NCBI GenBank assembly: GCA_021158125.1
Contig: JAGGVF010000005.1
Span: forward strand, 2,566 to 66,565
DNA: 64,000 nt
DNA from: Candidatus Bathyarchaeota archaeon
GTDB taxonomy: Archaea; Thermoproteota; Bathyarchaeia; Bathyarchaeales; WUQV01
Direction of reading: 5' to 3'
Positions 1-9,209 of this stretch are shown here, in pieces. The notes beneath the pieces were generated by a model that saw nothing but the letters and a program-made list of their open reading frames with translations, was not told the origin of the DNA and did no database searches. Every line of letters starts with the position of its first letter. Position 1 is the stretch's first letter. The position numbers and the translations under genes were made by a program.

Positions 1-65
1 GAATAGAAAAAAACGCAGATAAATTTGCAGAAAAATTCCTAGAAGCCTACAAAAAATTAGCTGGC

Positions 66-524
66 TCATGATATATAATAACACATAACCTTCTTCATGC
101 GCTTTGGAACCGCCTGCTGAGCAGCCAACTTCTTAATAACATCCATCATATGAGGCTCAAAACGGGCAACATCAGTCATAGAAACCAAACCCACAAGCCT
201 ACCATCCTTAACAACAGGAAGCTTCTTAATACGCATCTCAAACATAAGCTTAACAGCATCCTCCAAATCCACGTCAGGCTCAACAACAATCAAAGGCTTA
301 GACATAATCTCCTCAACCCTAGTCTTCCTAGGATCCAAAGCCTTAGCAACAACCCGCTTAAGCATATCACGCTCAGTAACAATCCCAACAGCCCTATTAC
401 GCCTAACAACAATCAAACAACCAATCTCATACCTGTTCATAACCTCAGCAGCACGCTTAACACTAGCTCTATGGCCAATAGTAACAACATCCTTAACCAT
501 CACATCCTCAACCTTAAGCGACAC
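66..524 (-). CDS. CBS-domain pair protein
   Basis: 152-aa ORF with two tandem CBS-like motifs (VMVKDVVTI...GIVTERDMLKRV; IMSKPLIVV...LVGLVSMTDV). Coding strand is unusually G/T-rich. Confidence 0.85.
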   Translation of the reverse strand: MSLKVEDVMVKDVVTIGHRASVKRAAEVMNRYEIGCLIVVRRNRAVGIVTERDMLKRVVAKALDPRKTRVEEIMSKPLIVVEPDVDLEDAVKLMFEMRIKKLPVVKDGRLVGLVSMTDVARFEPHMMDVIKKLAAQQAVPKRMKKVMCYYIS

Positions 525-647
525 AACGCACCCTCCAAAAACCCATCAAACCCAACCTTAGCATTTATAACACTCAACTATTAATAATTGCTAACCAAAA
601 AACAAAACTAAAAATAAAAATTCAAAATCAAAATTAGGCCGAAAAAA

Positions 648-1541
648 TTGAAGCTAACCAAAAGCCACGCACTGCTAATCCTAGCAAGCCTAGGATTCAG
701 CTTCATCCTAATATTCTCAACCCTACTAAAAGAATCAGGAATCTCAAGCCTACAACAAGTCTTCTCAAGAATAACAATCTCACTACCACTACTACTAATA
801 TTAACAGCCGGAAAAATAAAACTAAAAAAGAAGGATATAACCTACTTCGCAGCTGCAGGACTAGTATTCTCAGCGTTCCTACTTTCCGCTTTATCCTCAA
901 TAGCCCTAGGCTGCCCAGTCCCAGTAACAGTAGCCCTCATCTACACTCAACCATTCTTCACAGCCATAATAGCATTCATATCAAAAAGAGAAAAAATAAC
1001 CCCGCAAAAACTAGCAATAGTCATAACGGGCATGCTAGGCGCCTTCCTAGCAAGCGGAATAACAACACTCTCAGAACTAAGCCTAAACCTGGGAATACTC
1101 CCAGCCCTACTTGGAGGCTTCCTTTACGCAGTCTACCTCTACCTAAAAAGAACCCAAAAGAAAGATTACACACCTTTACAAGCATTATTTAATACATTCC
1201 TCTTTGCAACACCCATCACCCTACTATTAGGCTTAACAATAACAGTCTTCACGGAAAACCCGCTCCTCACAAGCTTCACCATACCAGACAGCTACCAACT
1301 TTCACTCCTAACATCCTTCGCCATCTTTAGCACAGTACTACCCTACGGACTCCTAAACTACGTCAAAACAAGAGAAGTCTCACCTACAACTGAAGGAACA
1401 CTCCTACTCCTAGACCCAGCACTGCATGTCGTATGGGCAACAACCATACTAAAACAGTATGTGACACCACTCCAGTACCTGGGTATAACACTTGTATTAT
1501 CCAGCACAATACTCATGTTAAAGAAAAGTAAGGAAGCCTAA
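648..1541 (+). CDS. EamA/DMT-family membrane transporter
   Basis: 297-aa polytopic hydrophobic ORF with two EamA-like halves. TTG start. Codons are strongly A/C-ending. Confidence 0.75.
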   Translation: MKLTKSHALLILASLGFSFILIFSTLLKESGISSLQQVFSRITISLPLLLILTAGKIKLKKKDITYFAAAGLVFSAFLLSALSSIALGCPVPVTVALIYTQPFFTAIIAFISKREKITPQKLAIVITGMLGAFLASGITTLSELSLNLGILPALLGGFLYAVYLYLKRTQKKDYTPLQALFNTFLFATPITLLLGLTITVFTENPLLTSFTIPDSYQLSLLTSFAIFSTVLPYGLLNYVKTREVSPTTEGTLLLLDPALHVVWATTILKQYVTPLQYLGITLVLSSTILMLKKSKEA

Positions 1542-1543
1542 TT

Positions 1544-3271
1544 TTACCTAACATAATAATGGGGGCTACCTGCTGATAAACTATTGCTACTTGATGATTT
1601 GGTGAAAATGCAGTATCCATCTTCTGTTACATGAGGTATCGGTTGCACGTTTGAATCTCCAAGATTAGTATCATAAAGATGCAAAATTGTTTCTCCATCA
1701 GACTTTATGTAAAATGTTATCTCAGCTAAAGTTCCATTGCCACTAACCCCTGCAACGTCGCCTAAAAGTGTGCAAGTTGCATGGAGATAACCCGCCGTAT
1801 TATTCACATTTTTATAAAAGAAGGTTTCTCCGCCGCTTTTTAGAAAATCTCCCTCTGTTACACTTACAGCCTCAATTAGGCTAAAGTTCCATGAAAGCTT
1901 GAATTCCCAACCATATAGGTCTATAACATTTGATATGTTAATCCTTATTGTGAAGTATTGGCCGACCTCTGCTGAAACTTCTGCCGGGTCAACAAAAATG
2001 ACAACGGAATCCGACTGAGCATCCGTTATGCCTGAGTTTTCAGGTGGGTCTACCTCTATTAACCCGTCGGACGTCATAATTGGGATAGGCTTTACCTCTT
2101 CGTTGCTGAATTTTACTTCATAAAGAGACAAGGAAGCGTTTCCTTTTGCGGCTGCGTGGAAGTATATTTGGCAAAGAGTATAGTTTCCGCTGAGGGGAGT
2201 TAGAGAAGTTGAGATAACGGCAATCCATATTCTGCCAAGAGTATTGTTGACTTCACACTTATATATTTGGGTGTCTTCTCCGAACAAGTTTGGGACGGAG
2301 GCGTTAATTCCTTTTAATAGTATGTTGTTAAATTTGATTCTAAACTCGTAGCCACACATGTTAACTACATTCTCTATCTTTACGCTAATCGTAAATTCTT
2401 CGTCAATTGCAACTTTTTGTGTTGCTGGATATATGAAAACGGTTGCGCATACTTTGACGTGCCCATCATGCACTATGTGAGGAATAGGATTCACATCCGA
2501 ATCTCCAAGATTAGTATCATACAATTGCAAGTCGCTTTCTCCATTTGTTTTACCGTAAAAAGTGAAAGTGGCTAAAATTCCGTTACCAGTTACTCCTGGA
2601 ACATCCCCAAGAAGCGTAAAAACTATGTGACTTCTTCCGGCGGTTTCATTAATGTACTTTTGGAATAAGGTTTCTCCGCCACTTTTTAGGAAATCCCCTT
2701 CTGCGATTTTCACTAGGTCGAGAACTTCCGAGTTCCAGTCTAATCTAAACTCGCCGCCATATAAGTCGAAAATTCCTTCTATGTTAACTGTTACATTGAA
2801 GCTTTCGCCGACATGGACAGTTATTTCAGCTGGATTTACGAAGACAACAGGCTTACTCAGTATCATAACCGGGCCGTAAACTAAGGTGTTATCTGTGGTG
2901 TTTGTTTCATCAGGCAGTATGCTTGCTTCAGCTTTTATGTAATAGTTCCCAGTTGGAAAATTGCTTGTGTCCCATGTAAACGTTATATCGCTAGTAGTTT
3001 TCGGTTCAAGCTTTATAGAATGTAGGGTTTCAATTATGGTGTCGTTGGAGTATAAGGTGACATTAAATGTTTCTAGAAAATCCCCCTCGTTTTCCACAGT
3101 TACATTTACTTCAACTGTGCTGTTACCATAAATTTTGACTGTGGAAGGAGTTATCTTCCTAATTGCTATGTTATGTTTCTTGGGATAAGCCGTCAACAAA
3201 TACAATAAAGATAAAAATGATATTACGAGGATTATAATGACTGCGATTGCTATTGGGGTTTTTTTATTCAT
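1544..3271 (-). CDS. Secreted surface protein: signal/TM, CARDB-like domain and three cohesin-like modules
   Basis: N-terminal hydrophobic anchor. CARDB-like segment (VEVNVTVENEGDF...TFNVTLY). Three modules with the cohesin pattern (V.P..i.v.vGe.F.v.v.I..v.dLyG.eF.l.w....). Modules 1 and 3 are near-duplicates, with an identical 23-nt stretch at 1653-1675 and 2499-2521. Confidence 0.7.
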   Translation of the reverse strand: MNKKTPIAIAVIIILVISFLSLLYLLTAYPKKHNIAIRKITPSTVKIYGNSTVEVNVTVENEGDFLETFNVTLYSNDTIIETLHSIKLEPKTTSDITFTWDTSNFPTGNYYIKAEASILPDETNTTDNTLVYGPVMILSKPVVFVNPAEITVHVGESFNVTVNIEGIFDLYGGEFRLDWNSEVLDLVKIAEGDFLKSGGETLFQKYINETAGRSHIVFTLLGDVPGVTGNGILATFTFYGKTNGESDLQLYDTNLGDSDVNPIPHIVHDGHVKVCATVFIYPATQKVAIDEEFTISVKIENVVNMCGYEFRIKFNNILLKGINASVPNLFGEDTQIYKCEVNNTLGRIWIAVISTSLTPLSGNYTLCQIYFHAAAKGNASLSLYEVKFSNEEVKPIPIMTSDGLIEVDPPENSGITDAQSDSVVIFVDPAEVSAEVGQYFTIRINISNVIDLYGWEFKLSWNFSLIEAVSVTEGDFLKSGGETFFYKNVNNTAGYLHATCTLLGDVAGVSGNGTLAEITFYIKSDGETILHLYDTNLGDSNVQPIPHVTEDGYCIFTKSSSSNSLSAGSPHYYVR

Positions 3272-3342
3272 TTAAATCGACCTTGGAGGTTAAGACTATG
3301 TTATCTATTTATTTTAAATAAAGAAATGGGGGTTGATTAGGT

Positions 3343-4107
3343 TTATTTAAATTCTGAACATATCGTTAGTAAGTCGTAGATGTCTATCTGGAAGTCGTAG
3401 TGCACATCGTATTCAAAGTTGTAGCCGAACATTCCAAAAACCTTTCCGTACGATTTAGCTGCTACCATAAGATCGTAGACATTGACCTCCGTAGCATTTT
3501 TATCTCCTGTATCAACGAAGTCGCAGCGTACAAACTTTGCTGAGAAGTAGTGTACATGCATTATTATTCCGCTGACAGTCAATGTATCAATGTTTATCGT
3601 GAATGTAGACCAACCTCCAGTTACGATTAGTTGCCCCTCTGCTTCCTCGTATATTGGATCAAGGAATATCTTAAGGTCATCACAAGTTACGTAAATTATA
3701 GTCACATTGTATACTGACCATAGTCCCTCAATGTAAAGGTCGTCATAGCCAGTATAGTTAAGCTCTACAACGGAAGCATTGTCAAGCTTGATGAAGATGA
3801 ATGAGTACGTGAAATTCTCCCATTCGTGACGCCAAGTTTGATTAATAGTTTCTGCGGTTTCCCCCGGAACTACGAATGCAAAAGCATTGGCCCATTCACC
3901 AATCTTTGCCTCTACCTTTAGTAATCCATAGGCTGGCTCTTCATTATATGTTTGCACCATGCCTAGCAGGGATACCCAATTTATCTCTTCTGGAGGCTGC
4001 GGTGGAGATGGTGGAGGTATTGAAGGTGGTTCAAACGCTGCAGTAAATGGTGTGCCAGTCAACAGAAGAAGCAATATTATTATTACCAACGAGAGAGCTT
4101 TTTTCAT
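3343..4107 (-). CDS. Secreted protein with C-terminal dockerin-like repeats
   Basis: ATG at 4107 preceded by GGTGA. Signal peptide MKKALSLVIIILLLLLTG. C-terminal DVHYDFQIDIYDLL fits the dockerin/EF-hand loop D-x-N/H-x-D-x-x-I-D-x-x-D-L. The first segment, DTGDKNATEVNVYDLMVAAK, is degenerate. Confidence 0.55.
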   Translation of the reverse strand: MKKALSLVIIILLLLLTGTPFTAAFEPPSIPPPSPPQPPEEINWVSLLGMVQTYNEEPAYGLLKVEAKIGEWANAFAFVVPGETAETINQTWRHEWENFTYSFIFIKLDNASVVELNYTGYDDLYIEGLWSVYNVTIIYVTCDDLKIFLDPIYEEAEGQLIVTGGWSTFTINIDTLTVSGIIMHVHYFSAKFVRCDFVDTGDKNATEVNVYDLMVAAKSYGKVFGMFGYNFEYDVHYDFQIDIYDLLTICSEFK

Positions 4108-4199
4108 AATTTTCACCAAAATAATTTGCGTAAAAGACAAAAATAAACCTTTTTCTGTTTATTTTTTGTTTAAATTTTTTAAAAAAGTTTATTACAGTT

Positions 4200-4243
4200 A
4201 AAAAACGTTTAATATTGTTTATTATTTATTTTTAACGTTTTTT
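4200..4243. promoter_or_regulatory. Perfect 10-bp inverted repeat (AAAAAACGTT / AACGTTTTTT, 24-nt spacer) in a divergent intergenic region
   Basis: Arms at 4200-4209 and 4234-4243 are exact reverse complements. Located between the divergent genes 3343..4107(-) and 4331..5299(+). The AT-rich context lowers significance. Confidence 0.25.
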
Positions 4244-4330
4244 CTTAATTTTTGAATAGTTAATTGTAAATATTCTCTTTGCAGAAATCAAGCTTAAATA
4301 AAGCTTTCTCAAATATTTTTATGAGGTCTG

Positions 4331-5299
4331 ATGAAAAAGAAGGCAATAATTACATTTCTTCTAATTTCCTTATCGATTTTACTTTTTTTGAACAATGGGT
4401 TATGTCAAGATTCCTTCCAGTGGGAAGTTACATACGCCATAACATTACATGAAGATGGAACCGCAACTATAACTATTGAAAAGGTAACATTATTGAAAGA
4501 TGAAAACGAAACTTCTTGTTTTCGCTCGTATTACATAGGAGCATCCTTATACCGACAAAAAGAGTTTTCCGGAAACGTATCTGCACTTATTGATAAAGTC
4601 TTCAACAAAACTGGAAGAAGATGCTCTAGGTCTCCAGTTAAATACTTTGCTGGGGTAAATTCGACTGAAAGTGGAACATACGGCATTGTAGGATACCAGT
4701 TTGACTGGACGAAGTTTGCAGAAAAAATGAATGAAACTAACATGGTTATAGGTGACGTTTTTGTTAAAGGATTTTTTCTCTTAGGGAATGGTACGCTCAA
4801 AATTGGATATCCCCCAAACTATATTGTTAGAGAAGTCTTTCCTTCTCCTGACAACGTGGAGACTAAGGTTTTAATATGGAATACCACTGCAATTTTCGAT
4901 GAAAGCCAACCGAAAATCATCTTAGAACGAGAAAGGTTGACATTGTTGGATTACCTCCGCGAGAACATCTTTTTAATTCTAAGCATTACCGTGGTTTTAA
5001 GTGTGGGGGTCATTGGTTTCTTGGTTTATAAAGTAAGAAGGCGTGGTTTTAAGAAGTATGAATCTGCTGGGAAGCTTGCTGAAGAAGAGCTTTTGCATGA
5101 GTTGTCCGATGAAGAAAGGGTTATTAGACTGCTTAAGGCGGCGGGTGGAACTTTAACTCAGTCTAGAATAACTGAGAAACTTGGCTGTTCTAAAGCGAAG
5201 GTTTCCCAACTTTTGGCTTTGATGGAAACTAAGGGAATTTTGAAGAGAAAGAAAAGGGGTAGAGAAAAAATAGTTACTCTGTTAGACGAGAAAAATTAA
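4331..5299 (+). CDS. Membrane-anchored winged-helix protein (exported N-domain, one TM, cytoplasmic wHTH)
   Basis: Signal-like N-terminus. TM segment IFLILSITVVLSVGVIGFLVY. C-terminal HTH LTQSRITEKLGCSKAKVSQLLALMETKGILKRKKRGREKIV (MarR/TrmB-like). Confidence 0.6.
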   Translation: MKKKAIITFLLISLSILLFLNNGLCQDSFQWEVTYAITLHEDGTATITIEKVTLLKDENETSCFRSYYIGASLYRQKEFSGNVSALIDKVFNKTGRRCSRSPVKYFAGVNSTESGTYGIVGYQFDWTKFAEKMNETNMVIGDVFVKGFFLLGNGTLKIGYPPNYIVREVFPSPDNVETKVLIWNTTAIFDESQPKIILERERLTLLDYLRENIFLILSITVVLSVGVIGFLVYKVRRRGFKKYESAGKLAEEELLHELSDEERVIRLLKAAGGTLTQSRITEKLGCSKAKVSQLLALMETKGILKRKKRGREKIVTLLDEKN

Positions 5300-5308
5300 A
5301 CAAGAAAA

Positions 5309-6658
5309 TTAAGTCTTAAATTTTCTTAGTTCTTCAATTACTTTGTTTACTCTCTTACTCGTCATAGTTTTTGCTTTTTCAAATTTTTCTTTAGGTTTAT
5401 CCAGTGGACGTGTGGCGTCTATCCCCACCTTGGTAGTAGTTCCCGTTTCCTGATTTGCCGAGGGATCTAATGTTGACCCTCTTATGTTTTTTATTATGAG
5501 TAGGTCCTTGTCTGCTTGGAATCTCGTTGCTATTGCCCATTCTACTTCTTCAATGTTGTATACATTTATGTCTGTGTCAACTACAACTGCATGTTTTAGG
5601 CTTGGATGAGCAGAGAAAGCGGCCAGTAGGGCATTTTTTCCATCTCCTTCGGTTTGTTTTTCTATTGATATTATTGCATGTAGCCATCCGCATCCTCCGC
5701 TTGAAAGGTTGACTGCTTCAACTTTTGGAACGACTTTTGAAACGGTTTCCCAAATTGCTACTTCGCGGGATAGTCCCATCAAAAGCTTATGTTCGTTTCC
5801 AGAGGGCAGTAAGGCTTGATAAATGTAGTCTTTTCGGTGCATTGCCCCTACAATTTTTATTGTCGGCTGCTTTCTTACAACGTCGTATGTTCCAGTTATG
5901 TCGACAAGCGGGCCTTCGTCAACTTCCTCGCTTGTTGAAAGTTTTCCCTCCAGTATGATTTCGGCTTCTGCTGGGGCATAAGCATCAACATGTTCGCATT
6001 CAATAAGCTTGAACTTTCCCTCAAGAAGGGTGTTAGCTACTTCGAATTCGCTTACTCCGAAAGGCAGTGGAGCAGTTGCAGCTAGGGAAACTGCTGGATG
6101 TAAACCTATGGAGATTGCAACATCGAGTTCTTGGTCTGCTTCCTTTGCCATAGTCCAAAGTTTATGTAGTTGGCGGGGAACAAGTCTTATCGCTAGTTTG
6201 TCCTCGCCTAAAACTTGAAGTCTATGAATTGAAACGTTTTCCACTTTTTTGTCTGGGCTTTTAGCGGAAACTATGGCTGAAGTTATATATGGGCCAGCGT
6301 CATGTTCAAAATGGGTTAGAACGGGGATTTCTGAAAGTCTAAAATCTTCCCTGACAACTTCCTTTACTGGAGAATCTTTCGCAATTTTAGGTTTCGAAGG
6401 GTTTTTCCAAGCGTAAACTAATTTGCTGTAAAGGTTCTCTCTTTTAACATTCAAGGCTTTACATATTCTTTCCCGGGTTGCACAAACATTCGCCGCAATT
6501 TTCGTTGATTTTCCCTTAACTTTTTCAAAAATTAGTATTGGGCCTTTATCCATCGCCTTCATTATGGCTGCTATCTCAAATTTCGGCGAAAGCTTCTCCT
6601 TGATATGTAAAACTTCTCCTTCGGCTTCCATTTGTTTTAGAAATTCCCTTAAACTCAA
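5309..6658 (-). CDS. UbiD-family (prenyl-FMN dependent) decarboxylase
   Basis: 449 aa. The N-terminus LREFLKQMEAEGEVLHIKEKLSPKFEIAAI and the overall length and pattern are typical of UbiD family. The substrate cannot be inferred from sequence alone. Confidence 0.85.
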   Translation of the reverse strand: MSLREFLKQMEAEGEVLHIKEKLSPKFEIAAIMKAMDKGPILIFEKVKGKSTKIAANVCATRERICKALNVKRENLYSKLVYAWKNPSKPKIAKDSPVKEVVREDFRLSEIPVLTHFEHDAGPYITSAIVSAKSPDKKVENVSIHRLQVLGEDKLAIRLVPRQLHKLWTMAKEADQELDVAISIGLHPAVSLAATAPLPFGVSEFEVANTLLEGKFKLIECEHVDAYAPAEAEIILEGKLSTSEEVDEGPLVDITGTYDVVRKQPTIKIVGAMHRKDYIYQALLPSGNEHKLLMGLSREVAIWETVSKVVPKVEAVNLSSGGCGWLHAIISIEKQTEGDGKNALLAAFSAHPSLKHAVVVDTDINVYNIEEVEWAIATRFQADKDLLIIKNIRGSTLDPSANQETGTTTKVGIDATRPLDKPKEKFEKAKTMTSKRVNKVIEELRKFKT

Positions 6659-7065
6659 ATTTCAGCCCCCTTAACTTTTTCAGCCTCAGTTTTAGTTTCT
6701 TCCTTCTCAGCTTTCTTACTTTGAATTTTTTCAATAAGCCTAATAAGAATTGGACCGGCCACGCTTTCTTCTATCGTTTCTAGGTATATGGAGACTAAGG
6801 CTATCTTGTTTGTTTTTGAAGCCATTCTTTCAGCTAGTATTCTTGCAAGTGTGGCGTTCTTACTTCCAAGAAGTACGGAGGAGGTTGCGGGGCCAATAAG
6901 GCCTTTTCCAGGGGGGATTGCCGCTACTAGTGTTCCTAAACGGTCTTCTTTTTCGCTTAGCAAAATTAGACATGCATTTGTAGTTTCGATGTATATTGCT
7001 AAAAACTTTATGTTCCTTTCGATTAATTCATCTTTGAATATTCTTGCTCTTGACATTAATTTCAA
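6655..7065 (-). CDS. Hypothetical protein, translationally coupled to the UbiD-family gene
   Basis: 136-aa ORF with a 4-nt overlap with the downstream UbiD start and a K/E-rich C-terminal tail. No confident family assignment. Confidence 0.5.
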   Translation of the reverse strand: MKLMSRARIFKDELIERNIKFLAIYIETTNACLILLSEKEDRLGTLVAAIPPGKGLIGPATSSVLLGSKNATLARILAERMASKTNKIALVSIYLETIEESVAGPILIRLIEKIQSKKAEKEETKTEAEKVKGAEI

Positions 7066-7143
7066 CCTTTTACTTGTTCTGGCTTTTACTTTCAGCTTTC
7101 TTCTTCATAAGCTTTAAAAGAAAAGTCGAGCATAACGCCCTTC

Positions 7144-7956
7144 ATGATGTCTATGGAACCATTTGATATAGGCAGATTCTTAATTGCTCCTGGAAGAAAA
7201 TTCCACTGCATCCTGATTAAAGTAAAATTCAAGCTCGGAGTACTAGAGAAGCTGGCTTCTCTTGCAAGCAAGTTCGGCGTGAGAGTTTCCTATGTCTCAT
7301 ATTCCATGCAGAGGGATTATGGAAAGTCGGTGAAGGCCGTTGTTTTCCTTGACGTAACAGACATCACAATTCCTGTTGAAAGACTCATCGAAGAAGCCAA
7401 AAAACTGGAGTTCGTCGAGGAAATTAGGGAGTTTAAGCCTGAAATTGAAAGTTTAGCCTTAGACTCATTCTCTTTCCCCCTTACAACAGGAGATTCAAGA
7501 GTAATAATCCTCAGAGAAGAGGGAATAAGAGGCATAATTAATGGTTTAAGGGAACGTTTAGGCTCTGCAGCGGAAACAATTCAGTACTATATCGGATTTG
7601 AAGCAGGTCTAGAATTTGGAAGAAGCCATAAAAAACTGGGAGAAGCTTTGGGGATTAAAAGCCCTTCAGATATATTTTCGAAGATTAGCGCTCCGCTTTT
7701 TGTGTCCGTAGGGTTTGGGGTAATGAAAGTTCTGAAAATAAGCGAGAATCCACCCTATGCATATTTAAGGGTTCATAGGTGTTTCGAATGCGAATGTTGT
7801 CCAAAAAGATCCGATGAGCCTTACAGTCACTTAGTGAGGGGGATGATAGCCGGGGCCTTCACTTCCATATCTGGCGTGGAAATGTTTGCAAAGGAGATAA
7901 AATGCATAGCGAAGGGAGACCCCTACTGCGAATTTGAGATTACTCCCAAAAAGTAG
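7144..7956 (+). CDS. V4R (4-vinyl reductase) domain protein
   Basis: C-terminal YIGFEAGLEFG...RVHRCFECECC...GMIAGAF...GDPYCEFEI matches the V4R small-molecule-binding domain pattern. Confidence 0.7.
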   Translation: MMSMEPFDIGRFLIAPGRKFHCILIKVKFKLGVLEKLASLASKFGVRVSYVSYSMQRDYGKSVKAVVFLDVTDITIPVERLIEEAKKLEFVEEIREFKPEIESLALDSFSFPLTTGDSRVIILREEGIRGIINGLRERLGSAAETIQYYIGFEAGLEFGRSHKKLGEALGIKSPSDIFSKISAPLFVSVGFGVMKVLKISENPPYAYLRVHRCFECECCPKRSDEPYSHLVRGMIAGAFTSISGVEMFAKEIKCIAKGDPYCEFEITPKK

Positions 7957-7970
7957 CCGTTTTCAGTTAC

Positions 7971-9044
7971 TTATTTACTTAGTTTTTCGTGAAGAGCGTA
8001 TGCAAGTGCTGTTAAGGCTGAAGCAGCAGCTAAATCGGTTGCTATAGTAACTCCTGGGCATAAGTCAACTATCAAGTTTGCGAAACGGAAAATTCCGGAG
8101 GGAATTCCCTCTCTAGAGCCTATAAGAAAGTTCACCCTTTCATTTTTAATTGTTAATTCTGCTAGTTTCTCAGCTACTTTGTTTACTGGCTTCCCTTCCG
8201 GTTCAAAAACTATTATCGGCTCTGAACTTCTTTCCCTGACAAGTTCATAGAGGTTTTGAACGTAAACTTCTGTTCTGTGCGGCTTATGCGCATAGGTTCT
8301 AGTTTGAATTCTGTATCGAGATTCTATTCCTTCAAAGACTCCTTTTAGAAAGGCATTTACTTCCTTGGCTTTCACTCCGCCTATAAAGGCCACTACGAGC
8401 TCTCCGACCTCAAATGTTTGAGCTTCCCTTCCTATTCTTATCCCCATCTCTTCAGCGACCTCTAAACCGCCGAGGTAGGGCATTTGAACAACGGCGACTT
8501 TTCTAAAGTAGGGTCTAACCTCAAATTTTTCGCCACTTTTCTTTTTAGGAAACTCTTTCCCATCTACAACGCCCAGATAACTGTGAGGACCTAGAATTTC
8601 GACAAAAACAACCTTTTCCGGATTGTCAAGGTCTACTTTGCATCCAGCGGCCTCTTTTAGCGCAGCCCCCACTCTCACGTTAACGTCAATGCTCGTGAAA
8701 TCATGTCTTCCCCTTCTTATGGTTCGAACTGCAAAGGAATCAGCTTTCTCCAAAAACGGGGCGAGTTTCACGGCAGACTTAACTATCGAATCCAAATTTG
8801 CATTAATATATTCCCTTATCGGAAAAACTTTCTCTGCCTCCGGAACCTTCACTTTAATCTTCTCAGCCAATCTTTCAGCATCAACATTGGTTTTAACCAA
8901 AACCAAACCCGAATAATTAAGGGGACACGCCAAAACTTTAGTCTCGGGAAAATTTTCCTCAATCAGTTTAGCAACTACCCTCTCATAATTCCTCAAAGTT
9001 TTCACAATAACTGAAGCTTCGTTAAGTTTGAAGTTGCCTTTCAC
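7971..9044 (-). CDS. THUMP-domain RNA-modification protein with C-terminal SPOUT-like module
   Basis: THUMP-like core (FAVRTIRRGRHDFTSIDVNVRVGAAL...VVFVEILGPHSYLGVV). C-terminal half ends in a knot-like LIGSREGIPSGIF...DLCPGVTIATDLAAASAL. Confidence 0.6.
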   Translation of the reverse strand: MKGNFKLNEASVIVKTLRNYERVVAKLIEENFPETKVLACPLNYSGLVLVKTNVDAERLAEKIKVKVPEAEKVFPIREYINANLDSIVKSAVKLAPFLEKADSFAVRTIRRGRHDFTSIDVNVRVGAALKEAAGCKVDLDNPEKVVFVEILGPHSYLGVVDGKEFPKKKSGEKFEVRPYFRKVAVVQMPYLGGLEVAEEMGIRIGREAQTFEVGELVVAFIGGVKAKEVNAFLKGVFEGIESRYRIQTRTYAHKPHRTEVYVQNLYELVRERSSEPIIVFEPEGKPVNKVAEKLAELTIKNERVNFLIGSREGIPSGIFRFANLIVDLCPGVTIATDLAAASALTALAYALHEKLSK

Positions 9045-9130
9045 CTGTTTATTTCAGCCTCCACTTCACTCCGATAATTAATAGGCTTCTTAAGCTTTAT
9101 TAACGTCTTCAAAACTTGCTTCTATATGAG

Positions 9131-9209
9131 GGGGTCGTCGTCTAGTTTGGTCTAGGATACCAGCCTGGGGCGCTGGCGATCCCGGGTTCAAATCCCGGCG
9201 ACCCCACCA
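9131..9209 (+). tRNA. tRNA-Pro (anticodon GGG), CCA encoded
   Basis: Cloverleaf folded by hand: acceptor GGGGTCG/CGACCCC; anticodon stem CCAGC/GCTGG with loop CTGGGGC (U33, GGG at 9167-9169); T arm CCGGG-TTCAAAT-CCCGG; discriminator A plus CCA. Confidence 0.9.

Noticed and set aside
3-71. Open frame from the window edge (…IEKNADKFAEKFLEAYKKLAGS*) that could be the 3' end of an upstream gene
   Set aside because: Only 22 codons are visible and no motif is present. This cannot be supported as a feature.
150-584. 144-aa ORF on the + strand, rich in N/L/H/P/S
   Set aside because: It lies entirely antisense to the well-supported CBS-domain gene. It is low-complexity, and its openness is explained by the extreme A/C richness (few stop-forming T/G) of this strand.
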